IMG/VR virus record: IMGVR_UViG_3300032156_000010
Location: 1 to 58,183 of that record
Length of the DNA stretch: 58,183 nt
Reading direction: 5' to 3' (one strand)
Origin: a virus
Lineage: Duplodnaviria; Caudoviricetes
Shown here: piece after piece, positions 8,346-17,274 of the stretch
How positions within the stretch are numbered: the first letter of the stretch is position 1
Layout of the letters: each line of letters opens with the position of its first letter
Notes under the pieces: model-generated
Seen by the model: only the letters and a program-made list of their open reading frames with translations
What the model was told of the DNA's origin: nothing
Database searches by the model: none
Program-made: the position numbers and the translations under genes

Positions 8346-9050
8346 ATGAGCGAGGAAAAGCTGCCCGCCGCCATCAAGCCCTACGACATCAAGGCCATGC
8401 GGGAGATTGAGACGAACCGCCTGGTAAAGGCCGAATGGAACTATAAGGACGATGACGAATTTAAATCGGCCCGCCTCCAAGAGAACCTGAAACGGAACGG
8501 GCAGATTGTCAACCTCATCGTCCGCCGCCTCACAACCGGTTACTACGAGGTGTTGGACGGCAATCACCGGCTGGACGCCATCCTCAAACTCGCCTGGCCC
8601 TCCGTGATCTGCTACGATCTGGGCGAGATCTCCGACGCCAAGGCTAAGCGCATCGCCGTGGAGATCAACGAGACGCGCTTCACGACCAATTATCCGAAAT
8701 TGGCGCAGACCATTAAGGACCTCAAAGAAGAGTTTTCCGACGACGATCTCCTCGCCACGCTCCCGTTCACCGAGCGCGAGTTCCAGGCACTTGAGGATAT
8801 GACCGTGGAGTTCGACTGGGAAAAGGCGGGGGCGGAGGCAGGCGCCAAGCAGAAGACCCTCGAGGACGAGATGGGCGGGGACAGGATCAAAATGGAATTC
8901 ATGCTGACAATCGACCAGGCGGGCGTCGTCAACGAGGCCGTTGCCCGCATCGTACTCGGCCTTAAACTCGAGGGATCGTACAGGAACAGCCGGGCTTTGG
9001 AGCTCATCGCCGCCGATTCCATGAATACCCCGCTGGAGAGTTTGACGTAG
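8346..9050 (+). CDS. ParB/Srx N-terminal domain protein
   Basis: LVKAEWNYK...NLKRNGQIVNLIVR...YEVLDGNHRL. Confidence 0.85.
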   Translation: MSEEKLPAAIKPYDIKAMREIETNRLVKAEWNYKDDDEFKSARLQENLKRNGQIVNLIVRRLTTGYYEVLDGNHRLDAILKLAWPSVICYDLGEISDAKAKRIAVEINETRFTTNYPKLAQTIKDLKEEFSDDDLLATLPFTEREFQALEDMTVEFDWEKAGAEAGAKQKTLEDEMGGDRIKMEFMLTIDQAGVVNEAVARIVLGLKLEGSYRNSRALELIAADSMNTPLESLT

Positions 9051-9057
9051 GACCGAG

Positions 9058-9702
9058 ATGGGAAAATATAAGCAAGACTCTAAGTTGCTCGACATTATCG
9101 AAAGCCTGAAGAATAAACGAATTTCGGGCGCCGACCTCACGACCCGCTTGAAGCGGAAAATCGTGCAGTTCTTTATGACCGAGCACTCGGAACTCACTAA
9201 CCGTTTTGTCGCCTCGCTCCTCGCCTGTTCGGAATCCCTGGTTTGTAAAATCAAACATCAACTCGTGCGCGATATGTCGTGGGAAATGGATCGGATGGAC
9301 ATAAAGGAAATCGCCACGGCGCACAAGATCAAAAAGACGGAACTCCAACAGCGGGCCATGCGAGCCGGAGATTACGCCCTGGCCTGGAAAATTGAGATGG
9401 ACTATCTCGACAGCCTCCGACGCCTCGGGTTTATCTTTGAGGCGCCCAAGAGACTGTTGATATCCGACGATCCGCTCGCCCTCCGGAGCGAACTCGAGAG
9501 GTTCTTTGATGAATTCGACGTTAGAAACCCGGCGGAATTCGCCCGCCTCCTCCACGCAGCCGCCGCCACGAACGGCGGCGCCAGGAGACTTATCGGCCTC
9601 CCCGCCGCCATTCCAGCTGTTGTTGTTGGAAGCGCCGACGGTGGAGCTGATGGTGAGACAAGCGGGCTTAAAGATCCTATTCCGCCGGGGGATAAAGACT
9701 GA
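9058..9702 (+). CDS. terS: probable terminase small subunit
   Basis: HTH-like N-terminal region; directly upstream of and overlapping terL. Confidence 0.55.
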   Translation: MGKYKQDSKLLDIIESLKNKRISGADLTTRLKRKIVQFFMTEHSELTNRFVASLLACSESLVCKIKHQLVRDMSWEMDRMDIKEIATAHKIKKTELQQRAMRAGDYALAWKIEMDYLDSLRRLGFIFEAPKRLLISDDPLALRSELERFFDEFDVRNPAEFARLLHAAAATNGGARRLIGLPAAIPAVVVGSADGGADGETSGLKDPIPPGDKD

Positions 9703-11194
9703 GGCCGACGTCCGCGATGCCGTCGATTGGCTCAAGGAGCCGAAGGTCGGTACTCACGTCAATTGCCGCGAGACGGAGCCCTCTCATTGTTCTCCATTCC
9801 GCTTCCTCTCCGATATCACCTTGGCTGCGGGCAAGGAATGGATTGCTTGGGCCAACCGCGCCGGCTCCAAGTCGTACCTGGCCGCGTTGTCGGTGTGGCT
9901 GAGATCAAGTACGGTGCCCCGCCTCGAGACGACAATTCTCGGAGGATCGCTCGAACAGTCGCAGAAGGCGTACAAGGCGATCGATTCCTTTTGGGCCGTC
10001 TCCGGCATGGGCGAGGAACTGCTCGAGAAACCGCCGTTGCGGAGATCGACCGTCTGGAAATCGGGCAGCCAGGTGGCCGTCCTCACGGCCTCCTCGCGCT
10101 CCGTCCGCGGCCCTCATCCGCAGGTATTGATCATGGACGAGATCGACGAGATGCCCCAGGAAATCTATGACGCCGCCCTCTCCCAACCCACCTCCAAGTA
10201 CGGAGCCGCATCAATGCTCGGCCGCCTCTCGACAAATCATCATCTGGGAGGAGTCATGGACCAGGCGCTCGATCGAGCCCGGGCAGCCGGGATGCCGCTT
10301 TACAAATGGTGCGTCTGGGAGTGTCTGGCGCCGTGTCTGGACTATCGCTGTTCGACCTGCGAGTTGGCGCCCTACTGCCCGGGGGAACACATGAAGAAGG
10401 CCGACGGTTACTACGCCGTCGAAGATCTCCTCGCCAAACTGCGGACGATGAGCTATCTGACGCTCGAAGTGGAATGGTTCTGCCGTAAAGTCGGCTCCTC
10501 GGATTTGGTGTATGGTCACCAATTCGGTCTCGATAAACATTCCGGCCCCTGGCTCCCCTCCTTCTCTGATGGCCTCCCGGCACACCTTTCAATCGACTGG
10601 GGGGGCGAGGTGTTCTCGGTCGGCTGCTGGCAGCAATTTGATTTCGGCTGGGTCCGCGTCGATGAGGTCTATATGCGGAATACCACCAACACCCGACTCA
10701 TGGAGGAGTGTAAGACGCGGCCCTGGTGGGCGAATGTCGAGGATGCCGTGGCCGACCCGTCACGCGACGACCTGATCAGGGAATGGAGGGCGGAGCACGT
10801 CCGGTTCCTCGCTGCCGATAACCGCATCGACGTAGGGGTGGGAAAAACGCGGGACGCGCTGGCGCCCGTCATCGGGCCACCCCGTTTTTATGTCAACCGC
10901 CGTTGCCGCGATTGGCTCCGTGAGGTACAATCCTACAAGGAGAAAAACGGGAAGCCGGTGAAGAAGAATGATCACACTCAAGATGAAACTCGATATTTCA
11001 TTATGGCTCATATTGCTGGCCGGGGCCGGGGCCGGATCATCCTGCCTACGGCGCTGAGGAAGCGCGAGGAGGAATCACCGAAACCGTCCGCGCCCATGCC
11101 GGTCGTTGCCGGCGCCGAGAAAAAAGAGATTGGAGGAAACGATGGAAAAGAAAGCGCCGTCCCGAGAAGCCGAGGGCGGATCTTCGTTCCCTGA
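9650..11194 (+). CDS. terL: terminase large subunit (start approximate)
   Basis: Walker A-like ANRAGSKS, VRGPHP, Walker B LIMDEIDE, nuclease SIDWG and NDHTQDETRY. Confidence 0.9.
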   Translation: MVRQAGLKILFRRGIKTEADVRDAVDWLKEPKVGTHVNCRETEPSHCSPFRFLSDITLAAGKEWIAWANRAGSKSYLAALSVWLRSSTVPRLETTILGGSLEQSQKAYKAIDSFWAVSGMGEELLEKPPLRRSTVWKSGSQVAVLTASSRSVRGPHPQVLIMDEIDEMPQEIYDAALSQPTSKYGAASMLGRLSTNHHLGGVMDQALDRARAAGMPLYKWCVWECLAPCLDYRCSTCELAPYCPGEHMKKADGYYAVEDLLAKLRTMSYLTLEVEWFCRKVGSSDLVYGHQFGLDKHSGPWLPSFSDGLPAHLSIDWGGEVFSVGCWQQFDFGWVRVDEVYMRNTTNTRLMEECKTRPWWANVEDAVADPSRDDLIREWRAEHVRFLAADNRIDVGVGKTRDALAPVIGPPRFYVNRRCRDWLREVQSYKEKNGKPVKKNDHTQDETRYFIMAHIAGRGRGRIILPTALRKREEESPKPSAPMPVVAGAEKKEIGGNDGKESAVPRSRGRIFVP

Positions 11195-12674
11195 AACTAA
11201 AAAAGGCCGGATCTTCGTCTACAAGACGAAGGGGGGGTTGGTGCCGGTGTCGAAGGTTGACCGGTTCTCTCTCCGCAAAAAGACTGAGGACAAGGGCGTG
11301 GCCCGGGCCGAGACCCAACAGCTTCTCGATGAGCAACGGTACTATGCGGACAAAGACCTGGTGAACCTGCCCTACGAGCCGCTGGCGATTATCCGGCTGA
11401 TGGAAAACGTATCGTGGTTCGATGCCTGCGTCCGTCAAATCGCCACCGACGTGATCGGTTCCGAGTACACCATCGTGCCCGACCCGCTGGCGGAGACGAA
11501 GGGCACGGAGGAGGATCGGAAACGGCTGATGGCTTTTTTCGAAGATCCCAACAAAGAGGAGCAGACGATTTCCGACGTGCTGACCAACATGGTCATCGAC
11601 TCCGGCCTGGTGGGATCGATGGCGATGGAGGTGAGCCGGGACGAGAGCGGCATTATCGACGGCCTCTACCACCTGCCGGCCCACACGCTGCGGATCCACA
11701 AGGGACGGCAAAAATATTGCCAGCGCCGCGGCACCGAATACCGATGGTTCAAGCTATTCGGGGAGTCGAAGGGGGGGGCACTCGTTCCAAGTCAGGAGGC
11801 GGAGGACATCTCCAGCGCCGACGGTCTCCCGACCAATGATCCTAAACTCCGCGCCCACGAGGTCATTGTCTGGAAAAACTACTGGCCGAATAACTTTTGG
11901 TATGGAATGCCGCCGGCCCTTTCCGCCGTGGGTTCCATGCTGTCGCTCGTTGGGATCCGCGACTACAACCTGGCCTTCTTCGAAAACTACGGAGTGCCGG
12001 CTGCCATCGTCACGCTCACGGGCGATTGGGATGCGGACGATGTGGACGCCTTCTCGAAGTTCATCAACACGGAGATCAAGCGGGCCGAGAACGCCCACAA
12101 GACGATCGTCATGAACCCGGTCGGCACGGGCGAGGTCGATTGGACGCCCCTCACGTCGGAGGCGAAGGAGAAGGAGGGCCATTTCAAGATTTTAATTAAA
12201 ATGCTGCGGGATGAGATCCTGGCTGTCTTCCGCATGAGCCCCTACCGACTGGGGATTGCGGAGACCGGCAATCTGGGCGGATCGACGGCAGAGGAGGCGA
12301 CGCCCGTCTACATCTCCTCCGTCGTCAATCCCATCAAGCGGATCGTGCAAACCGTGATGACACAAAAGGTGATCAGACGAGGATTCGGAATCGTGGGCTG
12401 GGCGTTTCGGCTACCGACACTCGACATCCGCGACATGAATCGCCTGGTGGAGCGCGCAGAAAGACTTTTTGGAATGAGCGTGCTCCATCGGGATGCGATC
12501 CGCGAGCAGATCGGCAAGGAACCGCTCGGCAAAGCGGCAGGCGGTGAGGACTATTACCTAGCCTCCACCTATGCGCCCCTCGGCGCGGAGGGGGTGGCCG
12601 CAGGAGTGGCCGCCCAAGATCAGGCTATTGCCAAACTCAAGCGCGACGTGGATGCCGCGCTGAGAAAAAAATAA
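11142..12674 (+). CDS. portal protein (PBSX/XkdE-like)
   Basis: GLYHLPAHTLR, WYGMPP, YNLAFFENYGVP, RDEILAVFRMSPYRLG; follows terL. Confidence 0.9.
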   Translation: MEKKAPSREAEGGSSFPETKKGRIFVYKTKGGLVPVSKVDRFSLRKKTEDKGVARAETQQLLDEQRYYADKDLVNLPYEPLAIIRLMENVSWFDACVRQIATDVIGSEYTIVPDPLAETKGTEEDRKRLMAFFEDPNKEEQTISDVLTNMVIDSGLVGSMAMEVSRDESGIIDGLYHLPAHTLRIHKGRQKYCQRRGTEYRWFKLFGESKGGALVPSQEAEDISSADGLPTNDPKLRAHEVIVWKNYWPNNFWYGMPPALSAVGSMLSLVGIRDYNLAFFENYGVPAAIVTLTGDWDADDVDAFSKFINTEIKRAENAHKTIVMNPVGTGEVDWTPLTSEAKEKEGHFKILIKMLRDEILAVFRMSPYRLGIAETGNLGGSTAEEATPVYISSVVNPIKRIVQTVMTQKVIRRGFGIVGWAFRLPTLDIRDMNRLVERAERLFGMSVLHRDAIREQIGKEPLGKAAGGEDYYLASTYAPLGAEGVAAGVAAQDQAIAKLKRDVDAALRKK

Positions 12675-12696
12675 CGATGGAAGGGAGGGCATAAAA

Positions 12697-12993
12697 ATGC
12701 CGATGATTTTACTTCTCCGTGGGGCACAAAAGCTCGTTAACGAGACGGATCTCAAGGCGGCTATCCGGCGGTCGGACGTCAAGGAGTTTGCCCGGTTCAT
12801 CTCTCATACCGGCCAAGTCGAATACATCCGGGTGAGCGAGATTATGGGGGCCGTCGTCGCCAACGACGAGGACGTGGAACGCTTTAAGGACCGACTCCGG
12901 CACCAAGAGGAAGCGAAAGACCCGGGGGCGGCGGGGATGGGCAGCCGTCTGGTGAAGCCCGGTTTCGCGATTCCGAAAAGCGGTAGAAATTAA
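12697..12993 (+). CDS. hypothetical protein
   Basis: RBS GGAGG, head-module context. Confidence 0.55.
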   Translation: MPMILLLRGAQKLVNETDLKAAIRRSDVKEFARFISHTGQVEYIRVSEIMGAVVANDEDVERFKDRLRHQEEAKDPGAAGMGSRLVKPGFAIPKSGRN

Positions 12994-13007
12994 CCGAAGG
13001 AGAGCGG

Positions 13008-13961
13008 ATGATCTGGACTGAGGCGCTGGTGGAGGTGAGCGAGTCGCTTGCCTTTTATCTGAAAAAAGCTCGTGCACCTCGCGCCTATCGGGAACACCTG
13101 CGGTTGGCGGCTCTGGCGGAGCGGCCCCTCAAGGTGGCCATCGATCGATGGTTCCGAATGTTGGCCGCTGCGGTGCGTGAGGAGTTGCCCGCGGAGCGGC
13201 CCGCCGGGACGGCCAGCGAGATAGCCGAGAAGATCGTCGACTGGAAGGCTTTCGAACGGGTGAGCCGTCCCGTGTTGGAGCCGGCGCTGCTCGAGGGGCT
13301 GGTCGCGGTGGGCCGGCGGGTCTATGAGCGCCATCACCGGCGCCGCGAAAAACGAACCTTCGATCTGTTGAAGCAGACGTTTGATCCGATCTCTCAGAGA
13401 GCCACCGCCTATGCCCGCGGCCGCGGCTCGACACTCATCACGCTGATCACCGAGGAATCCAAAGACGCCATCCGCGAGATCGTCGGCGGCGGGCTCCGGG
13501 CGGGGGACTCTTGGCAGACGATGGCCCGCCAGGTCCGTACTCACATCGGCCTCAACCGGCCGCAGATCGGCAGTTATAACCGGACGATTGACGATTGGAT
13601 TTCGCAGGGTCTGGATCCCGACGAGATCAGCGTCAGGGCCGAAGGACTATTCAATCGTCTATTGAGGGAGCGGGCGGAACTGATCGTCCGCACGGAAGGA
13701 AACCGAGCGGCCCGGGCCGGAATCGCCGAGGGGTATGGGCAGATGGGCCTGGAATTTGTCGAATGGATTACCGACCCGGAAGCCTGCGATATCTGCGTCG
13801 CGATCGCCGCTGCCGACGGCGGTCATGGGCCCGGCGTGTACACCATCGAGGAATCCGAGGCGGTGGGTGACACTCACCCAAACTGCGAGTGCACGTGGGT
13901 GGCCGCCGAGCCAGTCGCGGCGCCGGCGGCGGGGGGAACGGAAGGCGGGGCCGGTGAATGA
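13008..13961 (+). CDS. MuF/SPP1 gp7-like minor head protein
   Basis: RAELIVRTE..RA, W...CDIC, HPNCEC. Confidence 0.88.
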   Translation: MIWTEALVEVSESLAFYLKKARAPRAYREHLRLAALAERPLKVAIDRWFRMLAAAVREELPAERPAGTASEIAEKIVDWKAFERVSRPVLEPALLEGLVAVGRRVYERHHRRREKRTFDLLKQTFDPISQRATAYARGRGSTLITLITEESKDAIREIVGGGLRAGDSWQTMARQVRTHIGLNRPQIGSYNRTIDDWISQGLDPDEISVRAEGLFNRLLRERAELIVRTEGNRAARAGIAEGYGQMGLEFVEWITDPEACDICVAIAAADGGHGPGVYTIEESEAVGDTHPNCECTWVAAEPVAAPAAGGTEGGAGE

Positions 13962-14149
13962 AAGCCGGTGGTCGGAAGGCCTCGCTCCGGATGGCCGCTG
14001 AGCAGTGTGACCGATGCGGGGGAGCGATGTTCATCATGGCTGCCTGCTGCGGGCTCGAGAAGCGTGGCTGGCAGACGGCGAGGAAGTGTTTGAGGTGTGG
14101 TCACAAAGAGGGCCACGATCGAATCCCTGACAAGGGGGGAGTAAAATGA
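13958..14149 (+). CDS. small Zn-ribbon protein
   Basis: CDRC...CLRC; ATGA overlaps on both sides. Confidence 0.55.
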   Translation: MKAGGRKASLRMAAEQCDRCGGAMFIMAACCGLEKRGWQTARKCLRCGHKEGHDRIPDKGGVK

Positions 14150-16551
14150 GAATTGAAAACATCACGACAGCCGGACTCCGGGCGCTCTCGACCGAGGAGC
14201 TTTGGAGTTTGAGATCTCGCTGCATTAACGTCCACGTCCAGGCTTGCGGCGACGGCAAGGGGGAGGGCTTGGAGGTCATTGCCGGCATAGAAAAGGCCCG
14301 CTTCATGTCGGCCTATGCGGGCGTTGTTTATGAGCTTCAGCGCCGGGGGCTGCCGCCGAAAACAAAAACGACGCTCGACGACCAGATCGCCGTTCACCTG
14401 CTCCGCCGGGCGGTCTGGAAGATCGACATGGCGACCCTACCGGAGATCCTCGTCTCGCCTGGTCACGTGGCGATCGGAGGCGCTTTTGTCTCCGATCCGA
14501 AGGACGCTCAAGATATCGAAGTTTTTGTCAAGCACCCGAAACCGGAAAACAGAACGGCCCTTGAAATAACAATCGAACGCGTGATCCGCGCCGAGGTGCC
14601 CGACAAAGCCACTCGTTTCGTTTATGATCCGGCCGGCCCGCCGGAGGGTTCCGTGGTGCCGCTCTACGACCTGATATTGCAGCCGAGGGCCGAGGCAAGG
14701 GTGGAAAAGGTTGAGAAACAGGTTGAGCAGCCCACCGGGACCCGCCAGACCAATGCCGTAAGGGGCGATGGGGAGGGGGAGGCGGGGGAGGAGTCCCGCC
14801 TGGCCTGTAAGGTTTTCGACTTCCGATCGTTGGACGACGGGCGACGCGCATACCGCTGCTCATTCACCGGCCTCGAGGATCCCGTGGAGGCGGAGCCTAC
14901 CGCCCTCGAGATCCCCATCGGTTCGCTGATCGAGGTGAAGGCCGCGGCGCTGGGACTGGATAAGGCGGGGCGCTCGACGCTGGCCGGGATCTCCGTCGTG
15001 GGCATCGCCGCTGCCGATCGTGTTCCCTCTGATCTGGCCGCGCTGGCGAAAGCGGAGGCAGAGGATCTCAAAGAAGGCGATTCCGGTGCGGGCATCCTGC
15101 AGCTCCACCTCTTGGGATTGTCGGAAGAGGAGGCGGAGGCCGTGCGCGGGGCTGGGGACCGCCTGGTCGTGGCCCGGCTGAAAACCGATCGCCTCGAGGC
15201 ATTGCTCGGCGAACTCATCAAGAAACCCGGCGCCGTCCAGCTTGACTGCCAATTGGCGAAAGGGGCATCCGGATCTCAGTTTGAGTTTTTTGTCGGCGAT
15301 ACGCTCAGCCTGGAAAAATTAGATTCCTTCCTGGCGGGCAAGCGTAAACTGCGAGCCGTATGGAAAGCCGGGGGCGGCGCGATGGACGTCGGCGCCCGGG
15401 GCCCGGTCCTGTTTGAGCCGGGGATAACCGCGATGGCTAACCCCGGATGGGGGGCTGTGCTCCGGCTTGACGCCTTCGACTGGACTGCCTACCAAGCGGG
15501 GCCCCACGTGAAGAAACTCCACGTGAGCGGCAGCCGGATGATGGATGGTAACTGGACGCTCGAGGCTAAGCCCGCCGGCGCCGGCAGAGTGTGGCTGGGC
15601 AGCCGGTTGACCGACGATGATCACGAGAAGGTTGAGAAGAGGCTTTCGCCGGTCGATCAGGCGGACCTGGAGCGGGAGGATGAGGCCATCGCCGAGAACA
15701 AAAAGAAACCCGAGGCTTCCAAGCCCCATCAGTTCAAAGCGGCCGACTGGACGGCCGGGAACGGTCATCCCCGATGCTTGACTTGTGGCGACGAGGAGTC
15801 GACCGGGAAGGTCTGCAATATGCCGGACTCTTGGTATGCCAAACACGACTGGGACGACGAGGCCGCCTGGCTCGAGGAGCGAAAAAAGCTGCGGGCCGAG
15901 GGCGTCATCAAGGCATTCCACGTTGAGAAGCCCTATCCTAACGAACACGCCTGCCGGCTGATCGACCCGGGCCAAGTCACGGTAGTCGGTTCCGGGGAGC
16001 GAGATCACGAGGGGAAAAAGTACCGTGTTCTCTATGCCCGAAGGGACGGGAAAACGGTTGTGCAGGCCCATCGCTATCCGAAGGATGCTTGGACGGCGGA
16101 CGCGGCCCGGGCACACTGCAAAGGATACGGCGGGACGTTCGAGCCGGCTGCGGGCGAGACTAAGGCCGATTCTCGCCCGGAAATTAAATTCAAAATCCTC
16201 AAGGCGGATCGAAAAAGGCAATTTGTGGGAGGCATTGTTTATGAGCCAGACGTGGCCGACTCCCAGGGGGACTGGACGTCATCGCCGGAGATCGAGGACA
16301 TGAAATTCCGATTCATGGAACGCTACGCCATCGATCCTCGCCGGTTCAAAATCATGCACGACGGCCGGCTCCGCACCTATCCCGTCATTGAGAGTTTTCA
16401 GCCCGAGCAAGACACTAAAAAAGGCAGCGATGTGATCAAGGCTGGGGCCTGGTGGATCGGGATCAAGGTGACTGATGACGATGTGTGGAAGGCGATTGAG
16501 GACGGCACCTTGACGGGCTTCTCTTTTGGTGGGACAGCGAGGAAGGGTTGA
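14146..16551 (+). CDS. multidomain head protein with C-terminal XkdF-like prohead protease core
   Basis: C-terminus RQFVGGIVYEPDVADSQGDW...KIMHDG...VIESF...IKAGAWW...VWKAIEDGTLTGFSFGG; N-terminal ~650 aa of unrelated domains. Confidence 0.8.
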   Translation: MRIENITTAGLRALSTEELWSLRSRCINVHVQACGDGKGEGLEVIAGIEKARFMSAYAGVVYELQRRGLPPKTKTTLDDQIAVHLLRRAVWKIDMATLPEILVSPGHVAIGGAFVSDPKDAQDIEVFVKHPKPENRTALEITIERVIRAEVPDKATRFVYDPAGPPEGSVVPLYDLILQPRAEARVEKVEKQVEQPTGTRQTNAVRGDGEGEAGEESRLACKVFDFRSLDDGRRAYRCSFTGLEDPVEAEPTALEIPIGSLIEVKAAALGLDKAGRSTLAGISVVGIAAADRVPSDLAALAKAEAEDLKEGDSGAGILQLHLLGLSEEEAEAVRGAGDRLVVARLKTDRLEALLGELIKKPGAVQLDCQLAKGASGSQFEFFVGDTLSLEKLDSFLAGKRKLRAVWKAGGGAMDVGARGPVLFEPGITAMANPGWGAVLRLDAFDWTAYQAGPHVKKLHVSGSRMMDGNWTLEAKPAGAGRVWLGSRLTDDDHEKVEKRLSPVDQADLEREDEAIAENKKKPEASKPHQFKAADWTAGNGHPRCLTCGDEESTGKVCNMPDSWYAKHDWDDEAAWLEERKKLRAEGVIKAFHVEKPYPNEHACRLIDPGQVTVVGSGERDHEGKKYRVLYARRDGKTVVQAHRYPKDAWTADAARAHCKGYGGTFEPAAGETKADSRPEIKFKILKADRKRQFVGGIVYEPDVADSQGDWTSSPEIEDMKFRFMERYAIDPRRFKIMHDGRLRTYPVIESFQPEQDTKKGSDVIKAGAWWIGIKVTDDDVWKAIEDGTLTGFSFGGTARKG

Positions 16552-16599
16552 CCGTGAAAAGCGTTGAACGAGTAGGTAAAAGAGGCGGCCGTTATCGTC

Positions 16600-16680
16600 A
16601 AAAGCGGTTACCGCTTTTCTTAAAGCGGTTACCGACTCTCTGTCTCTGTATAAGTATCTGTATCTGTATCTGTATATTTT
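16600..16680. repeat. palindromic iteron-like repeats plus TATCTG microrepeat; homologous to 49061-49160
   Basis: AAAAGCGGT-T-ACCGCTTTT palindrome, second AAGCGGTTACCG 21 bp later, then GTCTCTGTATAAGTAT shared with the rep gene. Confidence 0.8.
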
Positions 16681-16711
16681 AGCTTTAAATTAAAGCCGGA
16701 TCGATGTTTTT

Positions 16712-17020
16712 ATGAAGCGCGAAGGCGAGTGCCGAAGGTGTGGCCGTTGCTGCCAGGACGGCTATGATTTTATCTATTCCATCAGCCGCGACTCCCGAGG
16801 GAAACTCGATTATAAAACATTGAAATTTAAACAGGCCGAGCTCGCCGATTCTTCGGCGCGAAAGTCCTGCATGAAATTGACGTTCGATCCCGAAACGGGC
16901 CGCGCGATCTGTCTCGCCGAGGATGCGAAGCCGGAAATTTGCCGGCGTTATCCAACGACAGCGGGGGAGCGGGTGTTCTCGGATTGCGGATTTCGATTTA
17001 TCGAAACGGGGGGGGCTTGA
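16712..17020 (+). CDS. YkgJ-like cysteine-cluster protein
   Basis: CRRCGRCC...C...C....KPEICRRYP...CGF. Confidence 0.75.
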   Translation: MKREGECRRCGRCCQDGYDFIYSISRDSRGKLDYKTLKFKQAELADSSARKSCMKLTFDPETGRAICLAEDAKPEICRRYPTTAGERVFSDCGFRFIETGGA

Positions 17021-17274
17021 CAAACGAAACGAATGCGCCTATATAGACGATGAATGACGGGGCCCCGAGCCCCGGCCACTGAGAAGTCGCCTCCAAGACT
17101 TCGCATCGCGACCGTAGGGCCGCACTCGGTGCCGTGCAATGCGGCGACCGGAGAGCGGCGCCGAGGTCGGCGGACGTCGAAGGGCGCCCAGGCGACGGCG
17201 CTCACGGAAGACGGCCGCTCGACCCCGATGTAAGAACGCGAGAAAAACGCGGACGGCGCGGGCAGGAGACGACG

